In this document: positions 33,358-44,046 of the stretch, piece after piece | Numbering within the stretch: the stretch's first letter is position 1 | Layout: every line of letters begins with the position of its first letter | NCBI GenBank assembly: GCA_035514995.1 | Contig: DATJCC010000048.1 | Location: 1-49,426 of the forward strand | Direction of reading: 5' to 3' | Origin: Microbacteriaceae bacterium | GTDB lineage: Bacteria > Actinomycetota > Actinomycetes > Actinomycetales > Microbacteriaceae | DNA length: 49,426 nt | Notes under the pieces: generated by a model | The model's input: the letters and a program-made list of their open reading frames with translations, nothing else | What the model was told of the DNA's origin: nothing | Databases searched by the model: none | Made by a program: the position numbers and the translations under genes

Positions 33358-34752
33358 TTAGCCGAGCAGATCAACGAGCTCAGCCGACACTCCTGTGTAG
33401 GTGGCCGGAGTTAGGCTCAAAAGCCTGGTTTTAGCCTCTTCACCTATATCAAGATCGTTAACAAATTCAGTAAGTTCATTTTGACCGATTCTTCTACCAC
33501 GGGTGAGGTCTTTTAACGCAGCATATGGATCTTTAATGTTGGAGCGACCGGCTGTAACCTCTGCACGTATCACTGTTTGTATCGCTTCAGCCAGCACTTC
33601 CCAGTTGGCATCTAGATCTGCTGAAATAGTTTCAACATCCGCGTCAATTTGTGCTAAACCCTTCAAAATATTGTCGAGAGCAAGCATGCTGTGGCCAAAG
33701 CCAACCCCGATGTTGCGTTGCGCTGAAGAGTCGGTAAGGTCACGCTGCCAACGACTGGTCACGAGTGTTGCGGCGAGGGAATCAAGAATGGCGTTCGAGA
33801 GTTCAAGGTTTGCCTCCGCGTTTTCGAAGCGGATAGGGTTCACCTTGTGTGGCATAGTTGATGAACCTGTCGCTCCCGCGACGGGTATCTGGCGGAAATA
33901 TCCAATTGAGATATAGCTCCAAATATCAGTGGCAAGGTTGTGCAAAATCCGGTTGGTGTGAGCGATGCGGGTGTACAACTCCGCTTGCCAGTCGTGCGAC
34001 TCAATTTGTGTTGTAAGCGGGTTCCAGGTCAAACCCAGCCCTTCAACAAACTCTCGTGAGATTGTCAACCATTGCGCTGTAGGGTCAGCGGCGAGGTGAG
34101 CAGCGAAGTTGCCCGTCGCGCCCGAAAATTTACCTAGATATTCAATTTTTTCAATCTGCTGAAGCTGCCGATTTAAACGGTGCACAAAAACAGCGATTTC
34201 TTTACCAAGCGTTGTGGGTGTTGCGGGTTGGCCGTGGGTGCGGCTCATCATTGCAACATCACGGTATTCATTTGCTTGGCGGTGCAGTTCAGAGATGACT
34301 GAGCGAAGTTTGGGCAGCCAAACGTCTTTAGTCGCTGCTTTAATTGTTAGAGCGTACGAAAGGTTGTTTATGTCTTCGCTTGTGCAACAAACGTGTGTGA
34401 GTTCGGCATAAGCTTCGAGACCCAGCTTCTCAAGTTGCTCACGCACAAGATATTCAACCGCTTTAACGTCGTGTTGGGTGACTGCTTCTGTCTCAGCGAG
34501 CTGATCAATTTCTGTTTGGCCGAAGTTTTTGGCCCAGTCGCGTAACTTTTGCAGTGTGTCGGCTGCAACGGGTTTACCGCCAAGAAGTGAATGCTCAGTC
34601 AGGTACGCGAGCCACTCGACTTCGACGTGCACCCGGGCGCGGTTGAGCCCTGCTTCTGAAAGATGATCGCCAAGAGCCGCTACAGCTGCACGATATCTCC
34701 CATCGAGTGGACTGATTGGTTGCGGTGGAAGGCTCGTTTGATTGCTCGTCAT
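33358..34752 (-). CDS. purB: Adenylosuccinate lyase
   Basis: SPLDGRY, HDVKAVEY, RTHGQPATP, GSSTMPHKVNPIRFEN. Confidence 0.97.
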   Translation of the reverse strand: MTSNQTSLPPQPISPLDGRYRAAVAALGDHLSEAGLNRARVHVEVEWLAYLTEHSLLGGKPVAADTLQKLRDWAKNFGQTEIDQLAETEAVTQHDVKAVEYLVREQLEKLGLEAYAELTHVCCTSEDINNLSYALTIKAATKDVWLPKLRSVISELHRQANEYRDVAMMSRTHGQPATPTTLGKEIAVFVHRLNRQLQQIEKIEYLGKFSGATGNFAAHLAADPTAQWLTISREFVEGLGLTWNPLTTQIESHDWQAELYTRIAHTNRILHNLATDIWSYISIGYFRQIPVAGATGSSTMPHKVNPIRFENAEANLELSNAILDSLAATLVTSRWQRDLTDSSAQRNIGVGFGHSMLALDNILKGLAQIDADVETISADLDANWEVLAEAIQTVIRAEVTAGRSNIKDPYAALKDLTRGRRIGQNELTEFVNDLDIGEEAKTRLLSLTPATYTGVSAELVDLLG

Positions 34753-34807
34753 ACCTTCTATTCTTGCAGATGTAAGACCATCAAACCGCCAAAGTCGTTT
34801 GGAGCGA

Positions 34808-35206
34808 CTATTTCTTGCGCACCCCGAGTATGGCGCTGAGTAATGTTGTCGAGATAGACAGAATTATTGCTCCCAACACGGCCCACCAAAATCCGTCAAC
34901 TTGCAGCCCAAAGCCGATCAAACCTGATATCCAACCAACCAGCAGAAGCATCAGTGCGTTAATAACAAGGCTAAATAGCCCGAGCGTTAAAATTCGTAAA
35001 GGGATCGACACGATGCGCACCACTGTGCCAAGGGTCATGTTAACAAGAGCAAAGATTAGTGCAACCACAACAAAAGTGAAAATTAAGCCCAGAGTGTCAT
35101 CACCGGTTTGTTGCACCCAAATACCTTTTTCGCCGGGACCACCAACAATCAGCGTGGTGATCCATAGGGCGAGAGCTGTTACTAAGATTCTTGCTAAATT
35201 GCGCAT
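34808..35206 (-). CDS. 4-TM 'phage holin family' membrane protein
   Basis: SIPLRILTLGLFSLVINALML, VDGFWWAVLGA. Confidence 0.85.
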   Translation of the reverse strand: MRNLARILVTALALWITTLIVGGPGEKGIWVQQTGDDTLGLIFTFVVVALIFALVNMTLGTVVRIVSIPLRILTLGLFSLVINALMLLLVGWISGLIGFGLQVDGFWWAVLGAIILSISTTLLSAILGVRKK

Positions 35207-35293
35207 AACTTAATCTTCGCAGAAATACCTGAATTTTACACAAGCAAAATCTATATATCGTAATAGTGTGTGCAGGTCGTTACACTTAGACAA

Positions 35294-36385
35294 ATGGAAG
35301 AGCTCAACAAAACTCCTGTAAAGATTCGCCCCGAAGTTTTAGCTGTGCCCGCTTATAAACAGGGTATGGCGCCCAGTAAACAGGGATTTAAACTTTCGAG
35401 TAACGAAAACCCCTTTGCCACTTTGCCTGAGGTACAAGAAGCGGTCAATAACGCTGATGTTAACCGCTATGCTGCTGTAGCAATGCCCGAGTTGCGAGCA
35501 GCTATCGGTGGTCTTTTTGGTTTAAATGCTGAAACTAGCCAGCACATGGTGCATTTAGCTGCTGGTTCGGTTTCGATACTTTATCAGCTCATACACGCTG
35601 TAGCTGGTCCGGGCGATAACTATGTTTATGCATGGCCAAGCTTTGAGGGCTACCCCCTATTGAGCATTGCAACAGGCGCTAAAGGTATACCGGTTGCGCT
35701 TAATAACAAGTTTGAGCATGATCTAAAGGCCATGGCAAAAACTGTCACCGAAGACACCAGAGCAATACTCCTGTGTTCACCAAATAATCCAACAGGACCG
35801 GTGATTGGAGCGAAAAATTTTCATAGCTTTATGAAGAGCGTACCCAAAGACGTGCTTGTGGTACTAGATGAGGCTTACCGGGAGCTAGTAACGGATTCGA
35901 AGGCTGTGCGTGGAGAAGAAGTCTTAGAAGACTACCCAAACCTTGTGGTTCTGCGCACTTTTTCGAAAGCTTACGGCCTCGCAGCTTTACGTATTGGTTA
36001 CGGTGTTGGGCACCCGGCAGTTTGGGAAGCCGCACGAGTTACCGGAATTCCACTCTCTGTGACTGCACAGGCAGAAGCGGCGGCTTCTGTGTCACTAACC
36101 CCGGCTGTCAGCGATCAACTCAATCAACAAATAGCTCAATTAGTTGATCGCAGAGTAGCTCTAGCTGAAGGGCTTCGCAGTCTTGGATATGAAATTCCAG
36201 AAGCGCAGGGTAATTTCGTGTGGGTCCCTCTGGGAGATGACTCGCTAGCTTTTGCCGAAGCATTCATGCAAGAGGGTATTCTTGTCCGACCGTTCGCCGG
36301 AAGTGGGGTGCGCATCTCTGTTGGAGAAGCAGAAAGCGTGCCTGAAGTTCTAAGAATTGCTGGCGAGTTTAAAAAGAAAGCGTGA
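35294..36385 (+). CDS. HisC-family PLP aminotransferase (Pat-like aromatic aminotransferase)
   Basis: KLSSNENP, CSPNNPTG, LDEAY, RTFSKAYGLAALRIGY; start moved to ATG 7 nt after TACACT. Confidence 0.88.
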   Translation: MEELNKTPVKIRPEVLAVPAYKQGMAPSKQGFKLSSNENPFATLPEVQEAVNNADVNRYAAVAMPELRAAIGGLFGLNAETSQHMVHLAAGSVSILYQLIHAVAGPGDNYVYAWPSFEGYPLLSIATGAKGIPVALNNKFEHDLKAMAKTVTEDTRAILLCSPNNPTGPVIGAKNFHSFMKSVPKDVLVVLDEAYRELVTDSKAVRGEEVLEDYPNLVVLRTFSKAYGLAALRIGYGVGHPAVWEAARVTGIPLSVTAQAEAAASVSLTPAVSDQLNQQIAQLVDRRVALAEGLRSLGYEIPEAQGNFVWVPLGDDSLAFAEAFMQEGILVRPFAGSGVRISVGEAESVPEVLRIAGEFKKKA

Positions 36386-36389
36386 GCCT

Positions 36390-37562
36390 GTGACTGCAAA
36401 CCTTGTAGAAAACAGCTTTAATGATCCGCAACCAATACGCTTCTTAGACAAAGAGGGTAATTGGGATCCAAGCGATAGCGCGCAAGCGTATACTGCTGAG
36501 CTAGAAGACGTTACCGTTGATGAAATTAAGTCATGGTATGAAGCGATGCAACGCAGTCGTGCTTTTGATACAGAATGCACAAATCTGCAAAGGCAGGGGC
36601 AATTAGCGCTCTGGGCACCAAGCCAAGGCCAAGAGGGATGCCAAGCGGGGTTAGCTTTTGCAGCTGAAGCAAAAGACCATATCTTTCCGGCATATAGAGA
36701 GCATCTTGTGGCAGATGTGCGTGGGGTTGACCTGACAGATATTGCTAAGCAGTTTAGGGGTGTCTCCCACGGTGGGTGGGATGTTAAAGACCCAAAAAAC
36801 GGCAACTTTCATCTCTACACTTTGGTGCTTGGAGCGCAGGCGCAGCACGCAACCGGCTTCGCGCTTGGTCAGCTTCTTGAAGCAAAATTAGCTAGCGGAG
36901 ATAAGACACTCGAAGCCGGTGAAAAGGGCACCCCGACGGGGGCCGCAACAATGGTTTTTTACGGTGACGGGACAACCAGTCAGGGTGACGCAAACGAAGC
37001 AATGGTGTTTGCTGCTAGCTACCAAACTCCAACAGTTTTTGTTGTGCAGAATAACCGGTGGGCGATATCTGTGCCAGTGACAAGACAGTCGCGCACTCCG
37101 ATATATCGCAGAGCTTTGGGTTTTGGCATTCCGAGTGTTCAAATTGATGGGAATGACGCGCTCGCGGCTTTCGCAGTTGGCAGGCGGATGCTCAGGAATG
37201 CTAGAGAAGGCTATGGACCTGCATACATCGAGGCTCTCACGTATCGGATTGGGGCGCACACAACAAGTGATGACCCGACTAGGTATCGTGATAATGAGGA
37301 GCTTGAAGAGTGGCGAGATAAAGACCCGATTGTGCGCCTGGCACAGTATTTGCGCAGTCGTGATGTCGCAGAGGATTTTTTCGTTGACGCCCAAAAACGT
37401 GCTGTCGACAACGCTAGAGAGGTGCGGGAGCGCATCTTAAACCTGCCAAAGCCTAAATCAGACAGTATGTTTACTAACGTTTATGCTGAAAAGAATCTGC
37501 ATATAGATGAGCAACGTGAATGGCTCAAAAGGTATGAAGAATCATTTGAGGGAGGCAACTAG
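36390..37562 (+). CDS. pdhA: 2-oxoacid dehydrogenase E1 alpha (PdhA/BkdA)
   Basis: LQRQGQL, GDG..SQGD...QNN ThDP motif, YRIGAHTTSDDP; start uncertain (GTG 36390 vs 36357). Confidence 0.9.
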   Translation: MTANLVENSFNDPQPIRFLDKEGNWDPSDSAQAYTAELEDVTVDEIKSWYEAMQRSRAFDTECTNLQRQGQLALWAPSQGQEGCQAGLAFAAEAKDHIFPAYREHLVADVRGVDLTDIAKQFRGVSHGGWDVKDPKNGNFHLYTLVLGAQAQHATGFALGQLLEAKLASGDKTLEAGEKGTPTGAATMVFYGDGTTSQGDANEAMVFAASYQTPTVFVVQNNRWAISVPVTRQSRTPIYRRALGFGIPSVQIDGNDALAAFAVGRRMLRNAREGYGPAYIEALTYRIGAHTTSDDPTRYRDNEELEEWRDKDPIVRLAQYLRSRDVAEDFFVDAQKRAVDNAREVRERILNLPKPKSDSMFTNVYAEKNLHIDEQREWLKRYEESFEGGN

Positions 37563-38557
37563 TGACAACTAACAAGCCAAAACCTGAATCTTTACCGATC
37601 GCTAAAGCAATAAATTTGGGTCTGTATGAAGCTTTAAGTAATGATGAGCGCGTGCTCCTTATGGGTGAAGATATTGGCCCACTCGGAGGCGTTTTTCGTG
37701 TTACTGATGGCTTGCAGAAAGAGTTTGGTTCGGCCCGTGTATTAGATACGCCCCTGGCTGAAGCAGGGATAGTGGGCAGTGCAATAGGTCTTGCAATGAA
37801 CGGGTTTAGGCCCGTTGTTGAAATACAGTTTGATGGCTTTGTGTTTCCCGCATTCAACCAAATCACCACACAGTTGGCGAAGCTACGCAACAGACACGAT
37901 GGTGGTATGGACATGCCGGTTGTGATTCGCATCCCATACGGTGGCGGGATAGGTGCTGTCGAGCACCATCAAGAAAGCCCTGAAACATATTTTGCGCATA
38001 CGGCGGGTTTACGGGTGGTTAGTCCGGCCAACGCAAATGACGCTTATTGGATGATTCAGCAGGCAATCTCTGACAACGATCCAGTAATTTTTATGGAGCC
38101 AAAAGCAAGGTATTGGTCTAAAGGTCAGGTAGCTTTTGCTCAGCCTGCGGTAAGCATGAATAACTCGCGAGTTGCTAAAGATGGCTCAGACGTTACGCTG
38201 GTTGGCTTTGGCTCTATGGTTACAACACTTTTGCAAGCGGCTGAAATTGCCGAAAGCGAGGGTGTTAGCGCGGAGGTAATAGATTTACGCTCGATATCAC
38301 CCGTCGATTACGGCCCCATCATGCGCTCTGTGCGCAAAACTGGGCGCATCGTTGTGGCCCAAGAAGCGCCGGGGAATGTGAGTGTCGGTTCTGAGATAGC
38401 AGCGACAGTTAGCGAACAGTGTTTCTTTTCTCTGCAAGCGCCCCCTTTGCGTGTGAGTGCATACGACATCCCCTTCCCCCCAGCAGGTTTAGAACACCTA
38501 TATCTACCTGACGCTGATCGTGTGCTCGAAGCGGTCGACCGAGCAATGAATTATTAA
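37562..38557 (+). CDS. pdhB: 2-oxoacid dehydrogenase E1 beta
   Basis: GEDIGPLGGVFRVTDGL, DTPLAEAG, EHHQESPE. Confidence 0.92.
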   Translation: MTTNKPKPESLPIAKAINLGLYEALSNDERVLLMGEDIGPLGGVFRVTDGLQKEFGSARVLDTPLAEAGIVGSAIGLAMNGFRPVVEIQFDGFVFPAFNQITTQLAKLRNRHDGGMDMPVVIRIPYGGGIGAVEHHQESPETYFAHTAGLRVVSPANANDAYWMIQQAISDNDPVIFMEPKARYWSKGQVAFAQPAVSMNNSRVAKDGSDVTLVGFGSMVTTLLQAAEIAESEGVSAEVIDLRSISPVDYGPIMRSVRKTGRIVVAQEAPGNVSVGSEIAATVSEQCFFSLQAPPLRVSAYDIPFPPAGLEHLYLPDADRVLEAVDRAMNY

Positions 38558-38629
38558 AATCTGGAATCAATACAATGTTTATGACGAAACACTTAACAAA
38601 CGAAACACTCCAGAGATGAGGCTTTAATC

Positions 38630-39961
38630 ATGAGCGATATGGAATTTGTGCTTCCCGATGTTGGTGAAGGTCTTACAGAGGCAGAAATAGTTAGCTGGTC
38701 TGTTGCGCCGGGTGACGCTGTTGAACTAAACCAGGCAATTTGTGAGATTGAGACAGCAAAATCTATTGTTGAGTTACCGTCACCTTTCACCGGAGTCATT
38801 TCGGAGCTACTTGTTAGCAAAGGTGAAACCGTTCCTGTTGGAACACCAATCATGAGGGTTAAAGTAGACGTTGGCGCTACAGATGAGGGCCCGACAGGAA
38901 GCGGCAATGAGCAATCATCTACTGCCACTGAAGCGAAAGCTAGCTCCGACTTAGGTGGCAATAAGGATGTAGCTGATAATAAAAAAGATTCTTCTGGTTC
39001 CGTTCTTGTTGGTTACGGAACCGGTGGTGAGGTTAAAAGTCGTAGACGTCGTGGGGGTGAGCCGCTTCTAGATCGTGCGATGGTGCAACCTGTTGGGGCA
39101 GGACACGTTGTAGCTAAACCACCCATACGTAAATTAGCGAAAGATCTTGGTGTGGATCTTGGCAAGGTGACCGGCACGGGCAAAGTGGGGGAGGTGCTCC
39201 GCGAAGATGTTGTGCGAAGCGCAGAACAGGTGAGTGTTTTTCGCAACCTGGTGACACCAGAACTTGCTACCGATCGAGAAGAGCGGATCCCAATTAAAGG
39301 GGTGCGTAAGCTGACGGCTAATGCCATGGTCAAAAGTAAATTTCAGGCACCTCATGTGAGTGTTTTTGTTGATGTTGATGCTACTCGCACTATGGAGTAT
39401 ATTAAGCGTTTAAAATCTTCGACTGACTTTGTTGGGGTTAAGGTATCGCCGCTTTTAATGATGGCAAAAGCGATGATTTGGGCTGTGCGACGCAACCCCG
39501 GCATCAACGCCACGTGGTCAGACACTGAGATCATCAGGCACAACTATGTCAACCTTGGTATTGCAGCTGCGACTCCAAGAGGTTTGATCGTACCAAACAT
39601 TAAAGACGCGCAAAGTCTCAGTCTTTATCAGCTTGCACAAGCAATTGAGCAGCTTACAAACCGTGCCCGTGAGGGAATAACCCAGCCAGAAGAAATGACC
39701 GATGGCACTATTACAATTACCAATATTGGTGTGTTTGGTGTTGATTTTGGAACGCCCATTTTAAATCCTGGTGAGTCTGCAATTATGGCGATGGGGACTA
39801 TAAAACAAAAACCGTGGGTTGTTGACGGCGAGGTCGTTCCACGTTTTGTTACCACTATTGGTGGATCTTTTGACCACAGAGTCATGGACGGTGATGTAAT
39901 GAGCCGATTTGTGGCTGATGTTGCTTCTGTTCTTGAAGAGCCCGCTCTGTTGCTTGACTGA
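38630..39961 (+). CDS. pdhC: Dihydrolipoamide acyltransferase E2
   Basis: LPDVGEGL, lipoyl [24 protein letters not shown]. Confidence 0.92.
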   Translation: MSDMEFVLPDVGEGLTEAEIVSWSVAPGDAVELNQAICEIETAKSIVELPSPFTGVISELLVSKGETVPVGTPIMRVKVDVGATDEGPTGSGNEQSSTATEAKASSDLGGNKDVADNKKDSSGSVLVGYGTGGEVKSRRRRGGEPLLDRAMVQPVGAGHVVAKPPIRKLAKDLGVDLGKVTGTGKVGEVLREDVVRSAEQVSVFRNLVTPELATDREERIPIKGVRKLTANAMVKSKFQAPHVSVFVDVDATRTMEYIKRLKSSTDFVGVKVSPLLMMAKAMIWAVRRNPGINATWSDTEIIRHNYVNLGIAAATPRGLIVPNIKDAQSLSLYQLAQAIEQLTNRAREGITQPEEMTDGTITITNIGVFGVDFGTPILNPGESAIMAMGTIKQKPWVVDGEVVPRFVTTIGGSFDHRVMDGDVMSRFVADVASVLEEPALLLD

Positions 39962-40051
39962 ATTGACTCTCGAGCTGAGTAGCGTTGCTGGTTTGTGATC
40001 CCAAGCGGTGTCGCACATGCGATGTAACCCACAACCGTTTAAGATGGCGGC

Positions 40052-40810
40052 ATGGGAAACGCTGTTCTATTAAACATTGAAAACGGTCTAGCAAGAATTA
40101 CTCTCAATCGCCCGGAGCGAATGAACGCTTTTGACGCTGAAGCCGCGTCTGAGTGGGCTGAGGCAACGGCCGAAGCTGTTAATAATAACGCTGTTCGTGC
40201 CATATTGGTGCGTGGAGAAGGACGAGCTTTTTGCGCCGGGGGTGATGTGCGCGCAATGGCTCAGATGGTTGATCGAGATGAGTCGATGCTTAAACTTGCT
40301 CATAAAATAAGCGAGGGCATGCGCAATCTCGTCACTTCTAGCATTCCAGTTGTTGCTGCCGCGCATGGCACAACAGCAGGGGGCGGGCTAGGAGTTTTAT
40401 TGAGTTGTGACTACGCGGTTGTTGGGGAGAGCTCAAAAATTGGAAGTCTTTATGCAAAGGTGGGGCTCACACCCGATCTTTCGGTCTCTGCTCTGCTCGG
40501 TCGTGCAATAGGGGAGAGGCGCGCACTTCAGTTGACTTTACAAGACACCATGTTGACCGCCCAAGAGGCGAAGGACTGGGGGCTCGTGGCTGAGGTGGTT
40601 GCAGATGATGATGTGCTCGGGCGCGCCGAAGAAGTTGCGGCTCACTGGGCAAATAACGCTGCCTGGGCTTATGGACAGGCAAAACGTTTGGTGCGCTCAA
40701 GCTACGAGCGCACCTTTGAAGAGCAGTTAATTGAAGAAGCAAAAACCATCGCGATTGCTTCTGTAACCCCTGATGCAAACGAACGCATAAGTAACTTCGC
40801 GAGAAAGTAA
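40052..40810 (+). CDS. Enoyl-CoA hydratase/isomerase (crotonase) family
   Basis: LNRPERMNA, AFCAGGD, AGGGLG, GLTPD. Confidence 0.9.
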   Translation: MGNAVLLNIENGLARITLNRPERMNAFDAEAASEWAEATAEAVNNNAVRAILVRGEGRAFCAGGDVRAMAQMVDRDESMLKLAHKISEGMRNLVTSSIPVVAAAHGTTAGGGLGVLLSCDYAVVGESSKIGSLYAKVGLTPDLSVSALLGRAIGERRALQLTLQDTMLTAQEAKDWGLVAEVVADDDVLGRAEEVAAHWANNAAWAYGQAKRLVRSSYERTFEEQLIEEAKTIAIASVTPDANERISNFARK

Positions 40811-40885
40811 AAATTTAAGACAAACACGCTTTGTGTATGCGTTAGCTTGTGGTTTTGCAAAAAAAGATGCATAAATGACAGTTAA

Positions 40886-40895
40886 TGTATACACT
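40886..40895 (+). promoter_or_regulatory. Palindrome overlapping the -10 of the GntR-prp operon
   Basis: TGTATACA palindrome overlapping TACACT, which lies 6 nt before ATG 40902. Confidence 0.5.
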
Positions 40896-40901
40896 AGAGG
40901 T

Positions 40902-41552
40902 ATGAGTCTCACAAAAGAAATGCGTGTAAGCGATCGTGCTTACGCAAAACTTGTGAGCGAGATACAGACAGGAACGCTCGCTCCGGGCTCAGTCCTGGGT
41001 GAAGTGGAACAGGCTACAAGGCTTGGGGTTAGTAGAACTCCTATGCGCGAAGCGATTGGAAAGTTGATCGCAAACGGACTCGCCCAGCAGCTTTCACCGC
41101 GCACAACAGTAGTCTCAGGTTTTGACTTGGGGGACATCAAACGTCTCTTTGAAGCGCGACGAGCCTTAGAAGAAGCCGCGGCCAGGCTGGCGGCAAAACG
41201 GGCAGATCCGCAAGTTTTTGCAAAATTGGCTGCCGGGTTTAGTGGCGCAAACCCGACCGAAAAAACTAGCACTGACAACTATTACGCACTAATCGCTGAA
41301 TTTGATGAAGCGCTAGATCAGGCTGTAGATAACGCATACATGGTTCAGGCGCTCAGTGTGATTCGCACACATCTAGCGAGGGCTCGCAATCTCGCACGAG
41401 ATAACCAGGCTCGTTTGGGGCAGTCCGCAGCAGAACACAAACTTATCGCGTCAGCGATAGCAGACGGCGATGAAGAGCTCGCCGCACACGCCACACACGT
41501 GCACCTGCACAACGCACTTAAAGCAATAATTAGCTCTCTATCGGAAGGATAA
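40902..41552 (+). CDS. GntR/FadR-family regulator (FCD domain)
   Basis: [25 protein letters not shown]; first gene before prpDBC. Confidence 0.92.
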   Translation: MSLTKEMRVSDRAYAKLVSEIQTGTLAPGSVLGEVEQATRLGVSRTPMREAIGKLIANGLAQQLSPRTTVVSGFDLGDIKRLFEARRALEEAAARLAAKRADPQVFAKLAAGFSGANPTEKTSTDNYYALIAEFDEALDQAVDNAYMVQALSVIRTHLARARNLARDNQARLGQSAAEHKLIASAIADGDEELAAHATHVHLHNALKAIISSLSEG

Positions 41553-41554
41553 CA

Positions 41555-43081
41555 ATGACCATCAAACATCACGTACGTGTCTATAAAAGCGAGGAAGATC
41601 TTCCTCGCGAAGAGCAACTAGCTTGGAAAATAGCAGAGGTTGCTACCGATCCGGTTGAGGTTGACGCAGACGTTACAGATATGATCATCAACCGCATCAT
41701 AGATAACGCTGCAGTCGCTGCAGCATCATTAAATCGCGGCCCAATCATTGCTTCACGCGCACAGGCTCTTAGCCACCCAGCATCGACTGGTGGTAAAGGT
41801 GCGACAGTTTTTGGCCTTCCAGCTGATCAGCGGGTGAGCCCGGAGTGGGCTGCATGGACAAACGGTGTCGCAGTGCGTGAGCTTGACTATCACGACACCT
41901 TCTTGGCGGCTGATTACTCTCACCCTGCCGACAACATCCCAGCGATCTTGGCTGTGGCTCAGCACCTCGGTAAAGACGGTAAAGCTGTTAACAGAGCAAT
42001 CGCAACCGGGTATGAGATTCAGATGAACCTGGTGCGCTCGATCTGTCTGCACAAACATAAAATTGATCACGTTGCACACATTGGGCCATCTGCTTCGGCG
42101 GGTATCGGAACCCTCTTAGGCCTTGACACTGAGACCATTTATCAAGCAGTGGGCCAAGGTCTACACACAACAACTGCTACAAGGCAGAGCCGTAAGGGCG
42201 AAATCTCGACATGGAAAGCACACGCCCCTGCGTTTGCTGGCAAAATGGCGGTAGAGGCAGCCGATCGTGCGATGCGCGGTCAGACATCACCAAGCCCAAT
42301 CTATGAAGGTGAAGATGGTGTCATCGCCTGGATGCTTGACGGTCCAGACGCTTCTTACGAAGTTCCTCTTCCGGCAAAGGGCGAATCAAAACGCGCAATT
42401 TTAGATTCCTACACTAAAGAACACTCCGCAGAGTACCAGGCTCAGGCGCTAATCGACTTGGCTCGTAAACTGCACAATGAGCACCCGGAGCTGCTAGAGG
42501 AAGGCAACGTAAAGTCTGTCGTGATCCACACCAGCCACCACACACACTATGTGATTGGTTCAGGCGCTAATGATCCACAGAAGTACGACCCAACTGCTTC
42601 ACGTGAAACATTAGACCACTCAATCCCTTATATATTCGCTGTTGCGTTGCAAGACGGTGGATGGCACCACGTCGATTCATACACACCAGAGCGCGCAGGG
42701 AGAGCCGACACAATCGAGTTGTGGAACAAAACAACCACTCTTGAAGATCCAGAATGGACCCGTCGCTACCACTCTGAAGACCCAGATGAGAAGGCCTTTG
42801 GTGGTCGTGTTGAGATCGAACTCGCAGACGGAACAAAGATTGTAGATGAAATCGCGGTCGCTGATGCACACCCCCTAGGTGCGCGACCATTTGCACGGGA
42901 CAACTACATTGCTAAATTCCGTCTACTTGCCGAGCCTGTGCTTGAAGAAGCCGAGATTGAGCGTTTCTTAGAGTTAGTTCAGCGTCTGCCAGAACTAACA
43001 GTTGAAGAAGTGCAAGAACTAAACATTGTTGCAAAACCCGGTCTGCTCGACCTTGAGTCAGCCCCGAAGGGAATCTTCTAA
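41555..43081 (+). CDS. prpD: 2-methylcitrate dehydratase
   Basis: [33 protein letters not shown]. Confidence 0.95.
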   Translation: MTIKHHVRVYKSEEDLPREEQLAWKIAEVATDPVEVDADVTDMIINRIIDNAAVAAASLNRGPIIASRAQALSHPASTGGKGATVFGLPADQRVSPEWAAWTNGVAVRELDYHDTFLAADYSHPADNIPAILAVAQHLGKDGKAVNRAIATGYEIQMNLVRSICLHKHKIDHVAHIGPSASAGIGTLLGLDTETIYQAVGQGLHTTTATRQSRKGEISTWKAHAPAFAGKMAVEAADRAMRGQTSPSPIYEGEDGVIAWMLDGPDASYEVPLPAKGESKRAILDSYTKEHSAEYQAQALIDLARKLHNEHPELLEEGNVKSVVIHTSHHTHYVIGSGANDPQKYDPTASRETLDHSIPYIFAVALQDGGWHHVDSYTPERAGRADTIELWNKTTTLEDPEWTRRYHSEDPDEKAFGGRVEIELADGTKIVDEIAVADAHPLGARPFARDNYIAKFRLLAEPVLEEAEIERFLELVQRLPELTVEEVQELNIVAKPGLLDLESAPKGIF

Positions 43082-43980
43082 TGCTCTATGCAAAAACAAA
43101 TCCTGCAGAAAAGCGGCGGCTTTTCAGGGAACAGCTTGCAAGCGGTGAAATCATGCGTTTTCCGGGAGCGTTTAACCCGCTCTCGGCACGCATGATAGAG
43201 CGCAAAGGCTTCGAGGGTGTCTATATCTCTGGCGCAGTTTTAGCTGCAGATCTTGGTCTTCCAGACATCGGCTTAACAACTCTCACTGAAGTTGCAGGCC
43301 GTGGCCAACAGATTGCTCGGATGACAGAACTACCAGCGATCATCGATGCCGACACAGGTTTTGGTGAACCAATGAATGTTGCGCGCACAATTCAAACTCT
43401 TGAAGATGCGGGACTGGCTGGCTGCCACATCGAAGATCAGGTCAACCCAAAGCGTTGTGGGCACCTTGATGGTAAAGCGGTTGTTGATGAAGAAACAGCC
43501 ACTAAAAGAATCCGTGCAGCTGTAGATGCGCGCCGTGACGAGAACTTTCTTATTATGGCACGCACCGATATTCGCGCAGCAGAGGGACTAGCAGCGGCGA
43601 CCGATCGTGCAAAAGCGCTGGTTGACGCGGGAGCAGACGCAATCTTTCCAGAGGCCATGCGCACTCTAGAAGAATTTGCTGCTATGCGAGAGGCAGTTGA
43701 TGTGCCTATATTGGCAAACATGACCGAATTTGGCAAAAGCGAGCTTTTTTCTGTTGAACAGCTAAAGAGCGTTGGTGTCAATATCGTGATCTGGCCGGTT
43801 TCGATGTTGCGCATCTCAATGGGAGCTACCTCCCGTGCACTCGACACAATCGTCGAGGAGGGCCACCTCACTTCGAAGCTTGACGAAATGCAGCACCGAG
43901 CTGATCTTTACGAACTCGTTGACTACGAAGATTACAATCATTTTGACCAGAATGTATTTAATTTTGAGGTCAAGCGGTAA
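43081..43980 (+). CDS. prpB: 2-methylisocitrate lyase
   Basis: DADTGFG, KRCGH, ANMTEFGKS. Confidence 0.96.
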   Translation: MLYAKTNPAEKRRLFREQLASGEIMRFPGAFNPLSARMIERKGFEGVYISGAVLAADLGLPDIGLTTLTEVAGRGQQIARMTELPAIIDADTGFGEPMNVARTIQTLEDAGLAGCHIEDQVNPKRCGHLDGKAVVDEETATKRIRAAVDARRDENFLIMARTDIRAAEGLAAATDRAKALVDAGADAIFPEAMRTLEEFAAMREAVDVPILANMTEFGKSELFSVEQLKSVGVNIVIWPVSMLRISMGATSRALDTIVEEGHLTSKLDEMQHRADLYELVDYEDYNHFDQNVFNFEVKR

Positions 43981-43987
43981 TTAATTG

Positions 43988-44030
43988 GGCCCGTGCTGTA
44001 TAAATTTAAGCACGGGCCATTTTTATTCTT
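43988..44030 (+). terminator. Terminator-like hairpin between prpB and prpC
   Basis: GGCCCGTGCT-N11-AGCACGGGCC followed by ATTTTTATTCTT. Confidence 0.6.
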
Positions 44031-44046
44031 TGCGAAGGAGCGCCAG

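Noticed and set aside
34808-35206. Holin-family gene as a sign of prophage
   Set aside because: No integrase, structural or lysin genes nearby; the family is common as a chromosomal membrane protein
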